Positions 29,379 through 40,479 of a DNA stretch of 64,000 nt are shown one piece after another. The position numbers were made by a program, and so were the translations under genes. Each line of letters begins with the position of its first letter. Positions within the stretch are counted from its first letter, which is position 1. The notes under the pieces are model-generated. The model did not search any database, was not told the DNA's origin, and saw nothing but the letters and a program-made list of their open reading frames with translations. Origin of the DNA: a virus; the IMG/VR virus record IMGVR_UViG_3300013137_000015, positions 8,003 through 72,002 of that record; one strand, given 5' to 3'.

Positions 29379-29397
29379 ATAAAAATAAAAAACGATA

Positions 29398-29976
29398 ATG
29401 GCAAAATTATATTTTAAATACGGAACAATGGGCAGTGGTAAAAGTTTAGAACTTATAAGGTCTAGTTATAACTATATTGAAAAAAATCAGAATGTTTTAT
29501 TATTATCATCTTGTTTAGATGATAGACATGGTAAAGATAAAATAGCATCAAGAACAGGTGTTGAAATGCCTTGTATATCATTACAAAGAAATAGTGATAT
29601 TGTAACAATTTTTAAAAATCAAAATAAAAATAAAAAAATAGATTGTGTTTTTGTAGATGAATCTCAATTTTTAACAAAAGAACAAGTAAAACAATTAACA
29701 GAAATTGTTGATAGATATAATACGCCTGTAATAGCTTATGGTCTAAGAACAGATTTTCGTTTAGAGGTTTTTGAAGGATCTAAATATCTATTATCAATAT
29801 CAGATGAAATACAAGAGATAAAAAGCGTTTGCCACTGTGGTCACAAAGCCACTATAAATGCCAGAATAGTAGATGGTAAAATAACCACAAAAGGCGAACA
29901 GGTTCAGATAGGTGGTAATGAATCTTATATCTCATTGTGTAGAAAACACTTTAAAGAAGGAAAAATAAATAAATAA
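29398..29976 (+). CDS. tdk: Thymidine kinase
   Basis: GTMGSGKS P-loop, FVDESQF, YGLRTDF, CHCG Zn site, IGGNESYISLCRKH. Confidence 0.95.
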   Translation: MAKLYFKYGTMGSGKSLELIRSSYNYIEKNQNVLLLSSCLDDRHGKDKIASRTGVEMPCISLQRNSDIVTIFKNQNKNKKIDCVFVDESQFLTKEQVKQLTEIVDRYNTPVIAYGLRTDFRLEVFEGSKYLLSISDEIQEIKSVCHCGHKATINARIVDGKITTKGEQVQIGGNESYISLCRKHFKEGKINK

Positions 29977-30070
29977 CCTTCTTATTATCAATATAATAAT
30001 TTATATAAATTATTTTTTTTATTCATCATTTTGCTGTATCTTTGTATTATCAAATTAAAACAAAGAATAT

Positions 30071-30889
30071 ATGATGAACCAAGTAGAAAAAATAAAGAAC
30101 TTCGTAAAAGACGCTAAAGGTACTAATCTTAATGTTTGGAGAGAAGTTATTGCTGAAAAATTTGGCGTAAAAATTTCCATAAAATCTTGGGAAGGCGTAC
30201 TTATGGATGTTATTTATTCTATGGTTCTTGGTGTTGCTGCTCCTGGAAACAAGTTGGGGAAAGATTTTGATGCTTTTGAAAACAAGACTATTAAGGTTTA
30301 TTCAAAGAATACAGGCTTAAAGGCTGGTGGTGATATTCGTATATCTAATGTTCTTTTTGATAGTGAAAGAAACAATTCATACAATGACAGCCTGTTAAAA
30401 AATAAATCTCTTGTCAGTTTATTTAATCTTCATGTTGATGGTATTCTTGTTGATTTCAGAATGACAAATGTATCTTCAGACATTCTTGAAAACGAATATA
30501 GTACATTACTTACTAATTTTCAGAATGGTTCTATAAAGACTGATCCTAAGTCAAGAAAATGTGAATTTCTTAATATTAAGTATCATCCAAAAACTGGTGA
30601 TGGTGTATTTGCTTGGAGAGGTGGAAAAATGATGGAAGTTAGTGACTCTATAGTAGATGATTCAAAGAATGTAATTGAAAATCAGAAAGACTATATTCTT
30701 TCACTCGTTGAAAAATACAATATGGCGTTTGTTGCACCTATTACAAACTTGACAAAGACTATTGAAAATAAGGCTTTACCAAAAAGGGAAATGTTTGGTT
30801 TTCTTCTCAAAAGAAGTGGTAAAGTAATGGATTTATCTTTAATGACTGAAATTCTTCAGTACTTAGAAGGAACTGGTGTGATTGCATAA
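30071..30889 (+). CDS. Hypothetical early protein (possible MutH/Sau3AI-like nuclease)
   Basis: Behind a TATCTTTG box; DFDAFENKTI resembles a D..(E)xK core. Confidence 0.5.
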   Translation: MMNQVEKIKNFVKDAKGTNLNVWREVIAEKFGVKISIKSWEGVLMDVIYSMVLGVAAPGNKLGKDFDAFENKTIKVYSKNTGLKAGGDIRISNVLFDSERNNSYNDSLLKNKSLVSLFNLHVDGILVDFRMTNVSSDILENEYSTLLTNFQNGSIKTDPKSRKCEFLNIKYHPKTGDGVFAWRGGKMMEVSDSIVDDSKNVIENQKDYILSLVEKYNMAFVAPITNLTKTIENKALPKREMFGFLLKRSGKVMDLSLMTEILQYLEGTGVIA

Positions 30890-30909
30890 TATCATAAAAA
30901 TATTTTTAT

Positions 30910-30940
30910 AAACCTCTCAATAATACTGAGAGGTTTTTTT
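30910..30940 (+). terminator. Intrinsic terminator
   Basis: AAACCTCTCA-ataatac-TGAGAGGTTTTTTT. Confidence 0.8.
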
Positions 30941-30956
30941 ATTTTATATTTTAGAA

Positions 30957-30967
30957 TTTAATATATA
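30957..30967 (+). promoter_or_regulatory. Putative late promoter
   Basis: TTTAATATATA 24 nt upstream of the ATG at 30992. Confidence 0.6.
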
Positions 30968-30991
30968 CATAAAAATATAGTCTCAAAATAG

Positions 30992-32215
30992 ATGAAAAAG
31001 TTTTATACATTTGTAAATGAAACACTAACTAATAAACAACAAACATATATTGATGTAATAATAAATTATTTAAAAAAGAATGCTGAATTTGATGTTTTTG
31101 AATATAGTGAAAAATTTGAAGTTTCAAAGACTGACTATCCAAGAAAACTCACAGGTAAATTATTTTTAATACCAAACGAAAAGGCTGTTAGATTTAATTT
31201 TGATAAAGATAGAATTGTTTCAATTGATATGTGGAATAATTTTCAATTTAGTTTTGAAACTATTACTAATAAACCAGATTTTACAATGGAATTAGAAGGT
31301 TCTATTGTTTCTGTATTAGATGATATTGTCGCTTTTATTGATGGTGAATTTGATGTTGTTGAAAAATTAAAAAACGAGCCAACAATAGAAGTTAAGAAAG
31401 CCAGTAAAGAAAAAGTAAATTTAGATTCATTAAATATTAATAAAAAAGTTCTTGATGAAGATATAGATATATTCGAATCAATAAAACTTTATACAATGCA
31501 AGTTGGATATAAAGTATCCAATTCTCTCGTTATAAGTGGTTTGCCTGGTTTGGGTAAAACTTGGGATGTGGAAGATACTCTAAAAAACATGCACATTGAT
31601 TTTGTTCCAGTTGCAGGTGATATTACAACAGCAGGTTTATATGAAATTTTATTTTTAAATAGGGATAAATTAATTCTATTTGATGATATGGATTCTGTAT
31701 ATGATTCAAAAGAATCTGTAAACTTATTAAAAGCTGTGTTAGATACTAAACCAAAAAGAAAAGTATCTAGAATTTTAAAAACACATTTCGATTCATTTAC
31801 AATGACAGATGATCAAATTCAGAAAACATATGAAGAAACTGGTAAATTACCAAAACAATTTGAATTTACAGGAAGAATTATATTTATAACAAATATGTCT
31901 GGTGATGAATTAGATGAAGCTCTTATTTCAAGATCCTTATTCGTTGATGTAAATCCAGATATAGATGAAATTATAAGAAGAATAAAATCTATAATACCAA
32001 GTATTCAATCAAGAATTCCAATTGAAAAGAAGAATGATATACTTAACTTTATGATGGCTATGTCACAACAATATGAATTGAGATTTCCATTAAATTTGAG
32101 AACATTTGTACATTGTTTAAATATCAGAATAGCAAATGAATTTGATGTAACAATTGGTGGTGAGAGTATTCCACAATGGCAAAGACTTATTAAAAATTAC
32201 TTGATAAAGAAATGA
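30992..32215 (+). CDS. AAA+ ATPase with leader
   Basis: MKKFYTFVNE; GLPGLGKT Walker A, ILFDDMD Walker B, IFITN sensor 1, ALISRS arginine finger. Confidence 0.8.
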   Translation: MKKFYTFVNETLTNKQQTYIDVIINYLKKNAEFDVFEYSEKFEVSKTDYPRKLTGKLFLIPNEKAVRFNFDKDRIVSIDMWNNFQFSFETITNKPDFTMELEGSIVSVLDDIVAFIDGEFDVVEKLKNEPTIEVKKASKEKVNLDSLNINKKVLDEDIDIFESIKLYTMQVGYKVSNSLVISGLPGLGKTWDVEDTLKNMHIDFVPVAGDITTAGLYEILFLNRDKLILFDDMDSVYDSKESVNLLKAVLDTKPKRKVSRILKTHFDSFTMTDDQIQKTYEETGKLPKQFEFTGRIIFITNMSGDELDEALISRSLFVDVNPDIDEIIRRIKSIIPSIQSRIPIEKKNDILNFMMAMSQQYELRFPLNLRTFVHCLNIRIANEFDVTIGGESIPQWQRLIKNYLIKK

Positions 32216-32370
32216 AAAACTTAAAAACATATGAAGGATTTATCAATGAAGGAATATTAGATATTCCTGTTCAAATAATGAAAATTATTCGTAAATTTAA
32301 GTTGTTTGATATTTTATCAAAAATTAAAAAGGCATTAAAAGAAATGCCAAGTAATATAGATGCCGCATAA
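32212..32370 (+). CDS. 52-aa microprotein with leader (not in ORF track)
   Basis: ATGA-coupled; MKNLKTYEGFINEGILDIPVQIMKIIRKFKLFDILSKIKKALKEMPSNIDAA. Confidence 0.6.
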   Translation: MKNLKTYEGFINEGILDIPVQIMKIIRKFKLFDILSKIKKALKEMPSNIDAA

Positions 32371-32397
32371 TTATTTTTAAAACACTACAACAGAGAA

Positions 32398-32778
32398 ATG
32401 TCTTTTTTAAAGAATGAATCTGTTTTAGAATATATTAACACTGATAAAATACAGAAAAGATGGAGAAGGGAAGAAATGTGGGATAAAATAAAATTAAGTG
32501 GTAAAGTTTTAGGATTTTTTGTAGCAGCATGTATTGTATTAGCATTTCTTGGTGGAGGATTATCCAAACAATATGAATCAAAATGTAAAGAATTTTTACA
32601 AAATCAAAGATATGAAAATATAAAAGTTGTCGGTTGGGACCCAATATCTGAAAACAAAGGAGATATAACATCTATGAAATTTGAAGCCACAAATGAAAAT
32701 GGTAAAAATGTTAAAGGCGTTGTAATTGTTGGTGGTAGTGTTTTATTCGGAGAAACATACCAAGTTAAGTTTAAATAA
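32398..32778 (+). CDS. Membrane-anchored protein
   Basis: Single TM segment VLGFFVAACIVLAFLGG. Confidence 0.65.
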   Translation: MSFLKNESVLEYINTDKIQKRWRREEMWDKIKLSGKVLGFFVAACIVLAFLGGGLSKQYESKCKEFLQNQRYENIKVVGWDPISENKGDITSMKFEATNENGKNVKGVVIVGGSVLFGETYQVKFK

Positions 32779-33401
32779 TGAAAAATTATAAAAATTTCAT
32801 AAAAGAATATAATATATGGGATGAATTTCATACATTGAAATCAAAAAATCCCAGAAATCCTCAATTAATATACGAAAGAGAACCTGATAAAAATATTTTA
32901 GATCGTCTAACATATGATTTAGAAAACGGTTCAAGTATTTTAGATTTAGGTTGTGGTGATGGTGTCGATGCTATTTATTTTGATAGTAAAGGATTTGATG
33001 TTAGTGCATTAGATATTTCACCAGTAGTTATAGAAGAGAATTTTAAGAAAAATCCTAATATAGATTGGAGAGTTTATGATATTGGAAAATTTGAATTACC
33101 TTATGAAAACAATGAGTTTGATTTAATATATTGCAGATTATCTTTACATTATTTCGATAGATATACAGTAACACAAATTGTTCATGATATTAATAATAAA
33201 TTAAAAGATGGTGGTATTTTTTATTTTACAGTAAAAACACAATCATTTGCAGAAAAAGTAAAAACTGGAAAACAATTCTTACATAAAAAAGAATGGATTA
33301 AAGTTTTAAACTATTATTTCAAAGATATACATATAACAGAACATTCAGGAAAGTTATACAACATACCTAGTAATTGGTTGGAAATAGAATGTTATAAATA
33401 A
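32778..33401 (+). CDS. Class I SAM-dependent methyltransferase with leader
   Basis: MKNYKNFIKE; ILDLGCGDG, ALDIS, FDLIY...LHYF, LKDGG. Confidence 0.85.
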   Translation: MKNYKNFIKEYNIWDEFHTLKSKNPRNPQLIYEREPDKNILDRLTYDLENGSSILDLGCGDGVDAIYFDSKGFDVSALDISPVVIEENFKKNPNIDWRVYDIGKFELPYENNEFDLIYCRLSLHYFDRYTVTQIVHDINNKLKDGGIFYFTVKTQSFAEKVKTGKQFLHKKEWIKVLNYYFKDIHITEHSGKLYNIPSNWLEIECYK

Positions 33402-34124
33402 TTATTGTAAGTTTTCATCACCAAATTCGTACTTTATAATCTCTTTTAGTAACCAAGCGTCATTAATATCTTCTAATGGCTTTGGAAATGTTTTTAATGA
33501 TAATATTTCTTCTGTATTTTCAACATAAAATTTATCCAAAATACAATTTGATTTAGAGTCCAATATCAATTTAAACATATCTTTTTTATCAAAATCACCA
33601 CCTTTTTTACCATCCATAGTATTTATTTGCTTTACGATTTTTTCCTTTTTCTTACCTATGTTAACCATTTCATAACCAAACACCATTTCACATGATGTTA
33701 GTTTCAAAGATTTTGGTGCAATTATTTTTATTTTCTTTATATTTGGTATGGATTCAAAAATCTTACCTCTTATTATAGAACCAACACCAACCAAATCTAT
33801 TATTTGTGAAGAATCTTTACCATAAGAATAACCTTCAATATAAATAATTGTTTCTTTTGTAGCATCAATTGTAGTAACAATATCATCTATTAAATCGTTT
33901 GATATTTTTGTAAATATTGATAATTTATTTATTTCTAAATCTGAATAATTATCAATGGTATTATCATACTCATATGTTCTTATTTTTACAATATTTTCAA
34001 TACTTTTATTCCACTTGTATGTTGGTTTATTTGTATTGTATGAGAATATGTATTCTTTTTCTTTATTAACTTCGATGACCATCGAAGTCGAAATTTTCGA
34101 TATATCTAAACCTATTAAATTCAT
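33402..34124 (-). CDS. RuvC-like Holliday junction resolvase
   Basis: IGLDIS, IYIEGYSYG, P.SLK, EDINDAW acidic motifs. Confidence 0.7.
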   Translation of the reverse strand: MNLIGLDISKISTSMVIEVNKEKEYIFSYNTNKPTYKWNKSIENIVKIRTYEYDNTIDNYSDLEINKLSIFTKISNDLIDDIVTTIDATKETIIYIEGYSYGKDSSQIIDLVGVGSIIRGKIFESIPNIKKIKIIAPKSLKLTSCEMVFGYEMVNIGKKKEKIVKQINTMDGKKGGDFDKKDMFKLILDSKSNCILDKFYVENTEEILSLKTFPKPLEDINDAWLLKEIIKYEFGDENLQ

Positions 34125-34582
34125 AGTAATGTTTCGAGAAATTTCCCCGATATTAATTTTTTAGCTGTTTCAATCTCTATAAATCTGGCTTCATCTATTT
34201 CTTCTATTTGTAGATTTTCTTTTGGTATAACAAACTCAGAATTAAAATATGTTTCAAATTCTTCGTGAGTTAGACTATGTTTATAGTACCAATAATGCTT
34301 TATACCAGATTGCTTTTCTACAGGATTTAGCTCATATAATTTTTTGTTGTCCAAAAAATTCTTAGGTAATTTTACACCAGTTTCTTCTTGAAATTCTCTT
34401 ATAGCCGCTTCGTTCCAATCTTCACCAGATTCTACTCTTCCTTTTGGATATGACCAATTATTATGTTTAAACCCAGTAGGATGAACTAATAAAAATAATT
34501 TACCATAGTTAAAAACTATACCAACAGAGCCATAATGCAATTTCTTTTCAAATGTAAAATATCTTGTTATTAAATGTTTCAT
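34121..34582 (-). CDS. Nudix hydrolase
   Basis: WSYPKGRVESGEDWNEAAIREFQEETG Nudix box; leader-like MKHLITRYFTFE. Confidence 0.9.
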   Translation of the reverse strand: MKHLITRYFTFEKKLHYGSVGIVFNYGKLFLLVHPTGFKHNNWSYPKGRVESGEDWNEAAIREFQEETGVKLPKNFLDNKKLYELNPVEKQSGIKHYWYYKHSLTHEEFETYFNSEFVIPKENLQIEEIDEARFIEIETAKKLISGKFLETLL

Positions 34583-34854
34583 GATGTTATCATTTTAAAT
34601 TTATTGTTTAAAGCTTTTTCAATAACACCACAAATCGGCTTATTACCTATTATATGAGCGTTTTCATTGAAACACCTGAACCCCATGCCAAATTGAAAAT
34701 ACAATGTTAAATCATTCGATATTTTAACACCTTGCATTAACAAAAAGTATAATTGGTTATTGTCAAAATTTTCAATTAAGTTTCTAACTACAGGTTTCAT
34801 TGTCATTTCATTGTAGTTATTTTCTAATAAAATATTTAAACAGTCTTTTATCAT
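34579..34854 (-). CDS. Hypothetical protein
   Basis: 91-aa ORF coupled to the Nudix gene. Confidence 0.5.
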   Translation of the reverse strand: MIKDCLNILLENNYNEMTMKPVVRNLIENFDNNQLYFLLMQGVKISNDLTLYFQFGMGFRCFNENAHIIGNKPICGVIEKALNNKFKMITS

Positions 34855-34871
34855 AACATACTATATTAATT

Positions 34872-37800
34872 TTAATCCTCTAAATATATAAATCCTTCAT
34901 TATCAAACCAATAATACTGACCACCTACATTTAGGTATCTATAATCTGGCACATGGAAGTTATTATTTACAAGTACATAATTTTTACTTGTTGAGGTATT
35001 AACCATTTTATTATATTTTTGACCAACACCATAATCATTATAAGATGATGTTTCTATGTATAAATATTCATCAATATATTTATCCAAATTAAATGAGAAA
35101 TTACCCAAATCATTTTTCATTAATTTAAAATATTTTTGTGGTATTAATTTATTCGTACCATCTGTTGATTTACTAAATGTTTGAATTTTACAAGTCCAAC
35201 CACTTGGTGATATACCACTTCTTGTATAAAATTCTATTTCAAATAAATAGTTGTGGTCAAAATTAAGTGTTTCTGTATAAGTAAAATTAACAACTGTAGA
35301 ATCATTTTCGGAATATGATTTTATAACTTGATTTGAAACATCATAATTTTGATAATTGTTGCAAGGAACATCGGCAACACCAGTTATATCAATTAAGTTT
35401 GAAGATAAAGGAAGAATATTTCTTTTTAGCCATCTCTTTAATTTATTTAGTTTTATTTGTATTTCATCCAAAGAATATAACAAAATATTATTACCATCTT
35501 CGTCTGTAATCCTATATGTTAAATTAAATAAATTCGTTTTCTTAAATAAACCAGTATTATATTTTCCACTTATATAATCTGTAGGTGTCCAACCTTCAAC
35601 GGTATTATCAAAAATGTCCTGAATTAATACTTTATGTAATTTTTGATACAAAGGAGAATTTGGATTTACATTTTTATAATATTCAAATAATTGTAAATCA
35701 TTCCAACCAAAATAATTTATAGCATTTATCACAGACTTATAAGATCCGATATAATTATAAATTTCTGGATATTGTAACAACATTTCTTTTCGTTTTCTAT
35801 TCAATAAAGTATAATCTACACCATCTTCATCAATATCGGATTCTATAAATATCTTTTCTACATCTTCATCCAATTGAATACCAAGATTATTAAGAACCAT
35901 TCTAAATCTTTCATCTTCTACTTCTGTTTCACCTAAAACATTTAACCTTAATATTGGTTTTGGCTGAACCTTTATTTCATAATAATAACCAGATGTTTTT
36001 CCTGTTGTTGTAAATGCCGAAAATTCATTTCCATCATTATATTCAAAATCTCTATAATCTTCATAGAATTTCATTTGTTTACCACCGACTTTTTCTATTA
36101 ATAAAGTTCCATAATTTTCAAAAATTGTAGTTCCTGTAACAGATTGATCTATAAAATCTATTGTAATTGGTTGATATTTTTCAAACCCATAATCTATAAA
36201 ATTGAAATTTTGTTGTGTTGTTGTAATCAATAAAGTACCAGCTGAATTGAAACTGAATTCAATACCATTTAGATTGTTTAATGAATTTGTATATCCTGAA
36301 AATATTATATTTTCAACCTTATCCATAACAACAGTTGTTTGAGATACGCCTTCGTTTGTAGAATTAAAGCCTAAAAATACTTGCAATGGTGTTGGTGTGT
36401 AATCATATTCTGTTAATTCATTATAAGAATCTAATAAGAAATTTAAACAGTAATCACCATCTTTTCCTCTAAAAACGGTTTGTTGTTTTGTAGGATCGGC
36501 TACATCTTCTAATTTTTTATTTGGTTCATCTCTAAGTATAATATTTTGATTTACACTTGAACAAGGATTTTCTGTGTCCCATAACGGTTTTGGACCAGTA
36601 TATGTCAATCTACTATCATCTAAATATGGTTGTAAATGGTCACCACTTATATCATAATAGAAAATATCTTCAGAATAAGGTATATCAAATTTTAGAGAAT
36701 AATAAACATCTTTTGTTGCACTTTCTCTTGGTTTTCTCAAAAATCTATCAACTTCTAAAGTTATATTAGCAAAATCACTATAAAATAATCCTTGATAAGA
36801 TAATTCTAATATTGAATCGGTTAATCCAACGATATTATACTTTGAGTTATTTTGGGTATAATTTGAATCACTGACTGTTATGATCATACCAGTTGCAAAA
36901 CCTAAATCATAAAAGCTATTAATGTTTGATAAATATGATAACTCTATTTCGTTGCCAGATAATGATATGAATCTATTTTCAATTTCAGTTGTTATTTCAT
37001 AACTTGAATAAGCATTTACTTTAACTTTATATGAATGTATTTCAATATTTGGAAATGTAGCATATATACCTAAACTATTTGTGCCGCCTGTCATTATGAA
37101 TCCTGCAGTAGCAAACAAAGTCGCATATGTTGAAATAAATGATTGAATTGTAGTTTGAGTATCACCAGAAAACGCAATATAATAATCAGTGTCATTTAAT
37201 TCTAAATTAAATCCAAAATTAGTTTCATTATTATTTAAATCAAAATATATTTCTAAATAATGTTCTCTATTAAAATTATCATAATCATTTGGATAAATAT
37301 TTTCTTTATATAACTGATTATCAAATTCTAATAAAACCTTATTTATTTCATAATTTGTAATTGCGGTTGTTGTAACTAATATATCATTAATATAAACACT
37401 TGGTATAAAATATTTATCATATGTTAAAGCCGAATTAGTATCTTTATTTAAAGAATATGCAGAATGTATATTCAATGTACATGCTGATAATGTTGTTGCT
37501 GTTTGTGAGTAAACTAAAATTCCATAATTATTTAACAAATAATCACCATATGAAGTATTAAATGCGTCCAATGTTGAGTTCATGTTTGTTACACCAGATA
37601 TTTTTAATATTTGTTGTTCAAATGATAAAACATTTGATGTATCGTATGCTATAACATTTTTTGTAAATGTTTGTGGAAATGATGCTGGTATTGACATTGT
37701 ACAAACAATTGTCTTAACTTCATCTATTGTTATTAATTTTTTAATTGAATAAGAGTTTAATACCGTTTCAGGAATTGTATATTCTTTTACTTTAAATCTT

Positions 37801-39254
37801 TCGTATCTTTGTGCAAGTGGTATATATTCTGCGTGAGAAGAATTAATATCAACATTATTATACATCCAAATCGCATCTAATTCTAATTGTTCTTGTGTAG
37901 TTCTATTGTTACTTTTTGATTTTGTAACAATCATATTATACCAGTTACTATCATTTATAATTCTATTTTTCCAATACTGTATTCTAATATCATAAAATGT
38001 TTGAATTGCTGTAACTGTAAATTCTCTCAAATCATTTTTATGTCTTGTAGTTCCAGTTGTTACTGAATTTGCAAGTAGTTGAATAGTGTCACCAACATCT
38101 AAAGCATAATCAAAACTTGAAGATGCTCCAGTTATTTGAATAAAATAATCATATGTAAAAAATGCACTTGGATAATATGTCTGAAAGAAAGACATATACT
38201 TATTAAAATTCGTTGGTGTTGTATTTTTAATAAAGTTCTGAGATGATTTTCCTTTATTTCCAAAATGAGACATGAAGGTTTTATTTGTATTTAAACTCTT
38301 TATTAGTTCTACATTACCGTTATATAAATCAAATTCTGTTGTACCATCAACAATAGTAAAAATAGTATTATTCATAACAGGATTATCATCATAATCTTCG
38401 AATACTACTTGTTGATTTTCTTCTAATCCTATCAATGAGTTTAATTTTTTACCAAATTCTATATAAGCTGTTGAACCAGAAACAGTAAATTTTGCAGAAC
38501 CTTGGTATAATTTTGGTCTTTCTGTTTTTAATTCAAAATCTATTCTTAGCATATCACCACTATTTCCACTCAACGCCCAGGTTTGGTATACGGTTTTCAT
38601 CTGCGTATTATCTGCATAAATATTCACACCATCGTTTAATTGAGTACCTATGATGCTGAATTTTTTATTATCGTGTAAAGTCCAAGATGAAACTTGTGGG
38701 TATATAGTGTTATCATAATCATTAAATGAAACTATGTTATGAGATGATATAGTACCACCAACAAATATATATGACCAACCACTATTTGAGGTTTGAGTAT
38801 TAACTAATATAGCGTCTGGTTTTGTATCTAAAACCGTATAATATTTGTTATTAAAATCTGTATTTGATGTATTAAATGAAACACCAGAAAATGAAACTAC
38901 TGTGCCTTTTGGATATTTTTGGTCAAAATCATCACCATAAACCCATTTTGAATAAAAAGTGCCTGCGGCATTTACTCTTGCTATGTTTGTTATAGTATCA
39001 CCAGAATATGTAAATGGTTGAAAACTTATACCACTTGTATTGTATAGTTCCATTTTATTCATTAATAAATAATCGGTAAGTGTAAATGGTTGAACTTCTT
39101 CAAAAGTGTAGATAGTCATGGTTTTGAATAAATCACTTGAATTTTCTTCAAACCTTACAGTGCCTTCATAAACACCTTCATCATTAATCTCAAAATTATA
39201 TGGATATCCTTCTTGGTTAAAGAACAGTAACTTTTTATCGTTGTAAAATGGCAT
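34872..39254 (-). CDS. Large virion structural protein, probable baseplate wedge subunit
   Basis: 1460 aa, T/S/N/Y-rich; C-terminal LNRKRKE..YIGSYKSVINAINYFG..L..FEYY; late box at 39279-39289. Confidence 0.6.
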   Translation of the reverse strand: MPFYNDKKLLFFNQEGYPYNFEINDEGVYEGTVRFEENSSDLFKTMTIYTFEEVQPFTLTDYLLMNKMELYNTSGISFQPFTYSGDTITNIARVNAAGTFYSKWVYGDDFDQKYPKGTVVSFSGVSFNTSNTDFNNKYYTVLDTKPDAILVNTQTSNSGWSYIFVGGTISSHNIVSFNDYDNTIYPQVSSWTLHDNKKFSIIGTQLNDGVNIYADNTQMKTVYQTWALSGNSGDMLRIDFELKTERPKLYQGSAKFTVSGSTAYIEFGKKLNSLIGLEENQQVVFEDYDDNPVMNNTIFTIVDGTTEFDLYNGNVELIKSLNTNKTFMSHFGNKGKSSQNFIKNTTPTNFNKYMSFFQTYYPSAFFTYDYFIQITGASSSFDYALDVGDTIQLLANSVTTGTTRHKNDLREFTVTAIQTFYDIRIQYWKNRIINDSNWYNMIVTKSKSNNRTTQEQLELDAIWMYNNVDINSSHAEYIPLAQRYERFKVKEYTIPETVLNSYSIKKLITIDEVKTIVCTMSIPASFPQTFTKNVIAYDTSNVLSFEQQILKISGVTNMNSTLDAFNTSYGDYLLNNYGILVYSQTATTLSACTLNIHSAYSLNKDTNSALTYDKYFIPSVYINDILVTTTAITNYEINKVLLEFDNQLYKENIYPNDYDNFNREHYLEIYFDLNNNETNFGFNLELNDTDYYIAFSGDTQTTIQSFISTYATLFATAGFIMTGGTNSLGIYATFPNIEIHSYKVKVNAYSSYEITTEIENRFISLSGNEIELSYLSNINSFYDLGFATGMIITVSDSNYTQNNSKYNIVGLTDSILELSYQGLFYSDFANITLEVDRFLRKPRESATKDVYYSLKFDIPYSEDIFYYDISGDHLQPYLDDSRLTYTGPKPLWDTENPCSSVNQNIILRDEPNKKLEDVADPTKQQTVFRGKDGDYCLNFLLDSYNELTEYDYTPTPLQVFLGFNSTNEGVSQTTVVMDKVENIIFSGYTNSLNNLNGIEFSFNSAGTLLITTTQQNFNFIDYGFEKYQPITIDFIDQSVTGTTIFENYGTLLIEKVGGKQMKFYEDYRDFEYNDGNEFSAFTTTGKTSGYYYEIKVQPKPILRLNVLGETEVEDERFRMVLNNLGIQLDEDVEKIFIESDIDEDGVDYTLLNRKRKEMLLQYPEIYNYIGSYKSVINAINYFGWNDLQLFEYYKNVNPNSPLYQKLHKVLIQDIFDNTVEGWTPTDYISGKYNTGLFKKTNLFNLTYRITDEDGNNILLYSLDEIQIKLNKLKRWLKRNILPLSSNLIDITGVADVPCNNYQNYDVSNQVIKSYSENDSTVVNFTYTETLNFDHNYLFEIEFYTRSGISPSGWTCKIQTFSKSTDGTNKLIPQKYFKLMKNDLGNFSFNLDKYIDEYLYIETSSYNDYGVGQKYNKMVNTSTSKNYVLVNNNFHVPDYRYLNVGGQYYWFDNEGFIYLED

Positions 39255-39365
39255 ACATTATTAAATTATAATTTGTATTATATATTAAAATGTCATGAAT
39301 AAAAGAGAATAAATAAACTTTTTTTGACAAACCAAATACAAACCATTAAAAACAACCATTTTAGT

Positions 39366-39668
39366 ATGGAAATTAAATTAAAAGACAATGTAATTTTTAC
39401 ACCTTATGATGATGCTAAACTCTTGAAAGAAAGAATATTAGACTTCATATTTGAAGCAAAAACCGACAAAATCCTTTATAAAGGTAATCCTAGTGGAATA
39501 AATTACAAACTATTAAAAAAGATTTTACCACTTGAACAAATAAAAAAAGATTTAGATTCGAAATCTATAAACAATTTTATAGAAATAAGAAGTGATAATA
39601 TAAGGGAGGTATATACTGATTTGATAATGAAGGTTAATTGTAAATATTGTCTAATATACAAGGTATAA
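39366..39668 (+). CDS. Hypothetical protein
   Basis: ATG at 39366 behind AAAC-N18-TACAAA (39315-39342). Confidence 0.55.
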   Translation: MEIKLKDNVIFTPYDDAKLLKERILDFIFEAKTDKILYKGNPSGINYKLLKKILPLEQIKKDLDSKSINNFIEIRSDNIREVYTDLIMKVNCKYCLIYKV

Positions 39669-39696
39669 AAAGAGAATATAAAACTCATTAATCAAA

Positions 39697-39888
39697 ATGA
39701 AAGCAGATTATATAACAGGAGCGTTTTTGTTTGGATTTATTTTACTTGGAATATTATTTTGGTTTTCAACTATGAATAAAAAAGAATGGAAACATTTTTT
39801 AGATAGCGGAGTATTGTATGGAATGATGTACCCAATTGGAATATGCGTTGTATTTATTATTGCATTTCTTTACGCAGCATTTTCTTAA
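39697..39888 (+). CDS. Small two-TM membrane protein
   Basis: Two hydrophobic helices in 63 aa. Confidence 0.6.
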   Translation: MKADYITGAFLFGFILLGILFWFSTMNKKEWKHFLDSGVLYGMMYPIGICVVFIIAFLYAAFS

Positions 39889-40052
39889 TTAACTATTTAG
39901 CAGAATTAAAATCTTTTGGTTTAAAAATAGATGAATTTCCATTGTCATATCAAGAAGCGGATAAATTGTATGGATTAGGAGATGGTTATTGTTGTGATGA
40001 TTGTGATGGTGATTATAACAATTATAAAAAAATCCGAATGAAAAATTAAAAT

Positions 40053-40081
40053 AAAAAGACCTCAAAAACGAGGTCTTTTTT
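40053..40081. terminator. Bidirectional terminator
   Basis: AAAAAGACCTC-aaaaac-GAGGTCTTTTT; same stem as 53141-53168. Confidence 0.75.
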
Positions 40082-40083
40082 GC

Positions 40084-40410
40084 TTACTTATGTTTTTCCT
40101 TGAATGACTTTATAGAATCTTTAACATAATTCTCATCATCAAGTTCTGTTACCTCAACGATAGCAGTCACTTCATCTGGAAAAAAGAATCTTGAGAAATC
40201 GATTAATCGAACATTTTTTTCCAAATAATCTAATAGAATGTAACATGATGCAAGATTGTGATTTTTTTCAAAACCAAGTTCTTCATTAGACATTTTGACT
40301 AAGTTAACTACTTCATCATATGAAAATTGAGCCATACTATAATCTCTACACATTGCTAGTGATTTTATCTTATTTTCACGAATTATTTCCTGTACCTTTT
40401 TAGACTTCAT
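40084..40410 (-). CDS. Hypothetical protein
   Basis: 108-aa ORF. Confidence 0.65.
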   Translation of the reverse strand: MKSKKVQEIIRENKIKSLAMCRDYSMAQFSYDEVVNLVKMSNEELGFEKNHNLASCYILLDYLEKNVRLIDFSRFFFPDEVTAIVEVTELDDENYVKDSIKSFKEKHK

Positions 40411-40479
40411 AAAAATTTTCTGATTTATTAATTTTATATATAAAAAGAGATAAAATGTTTAAAAAATAAAACCTATATT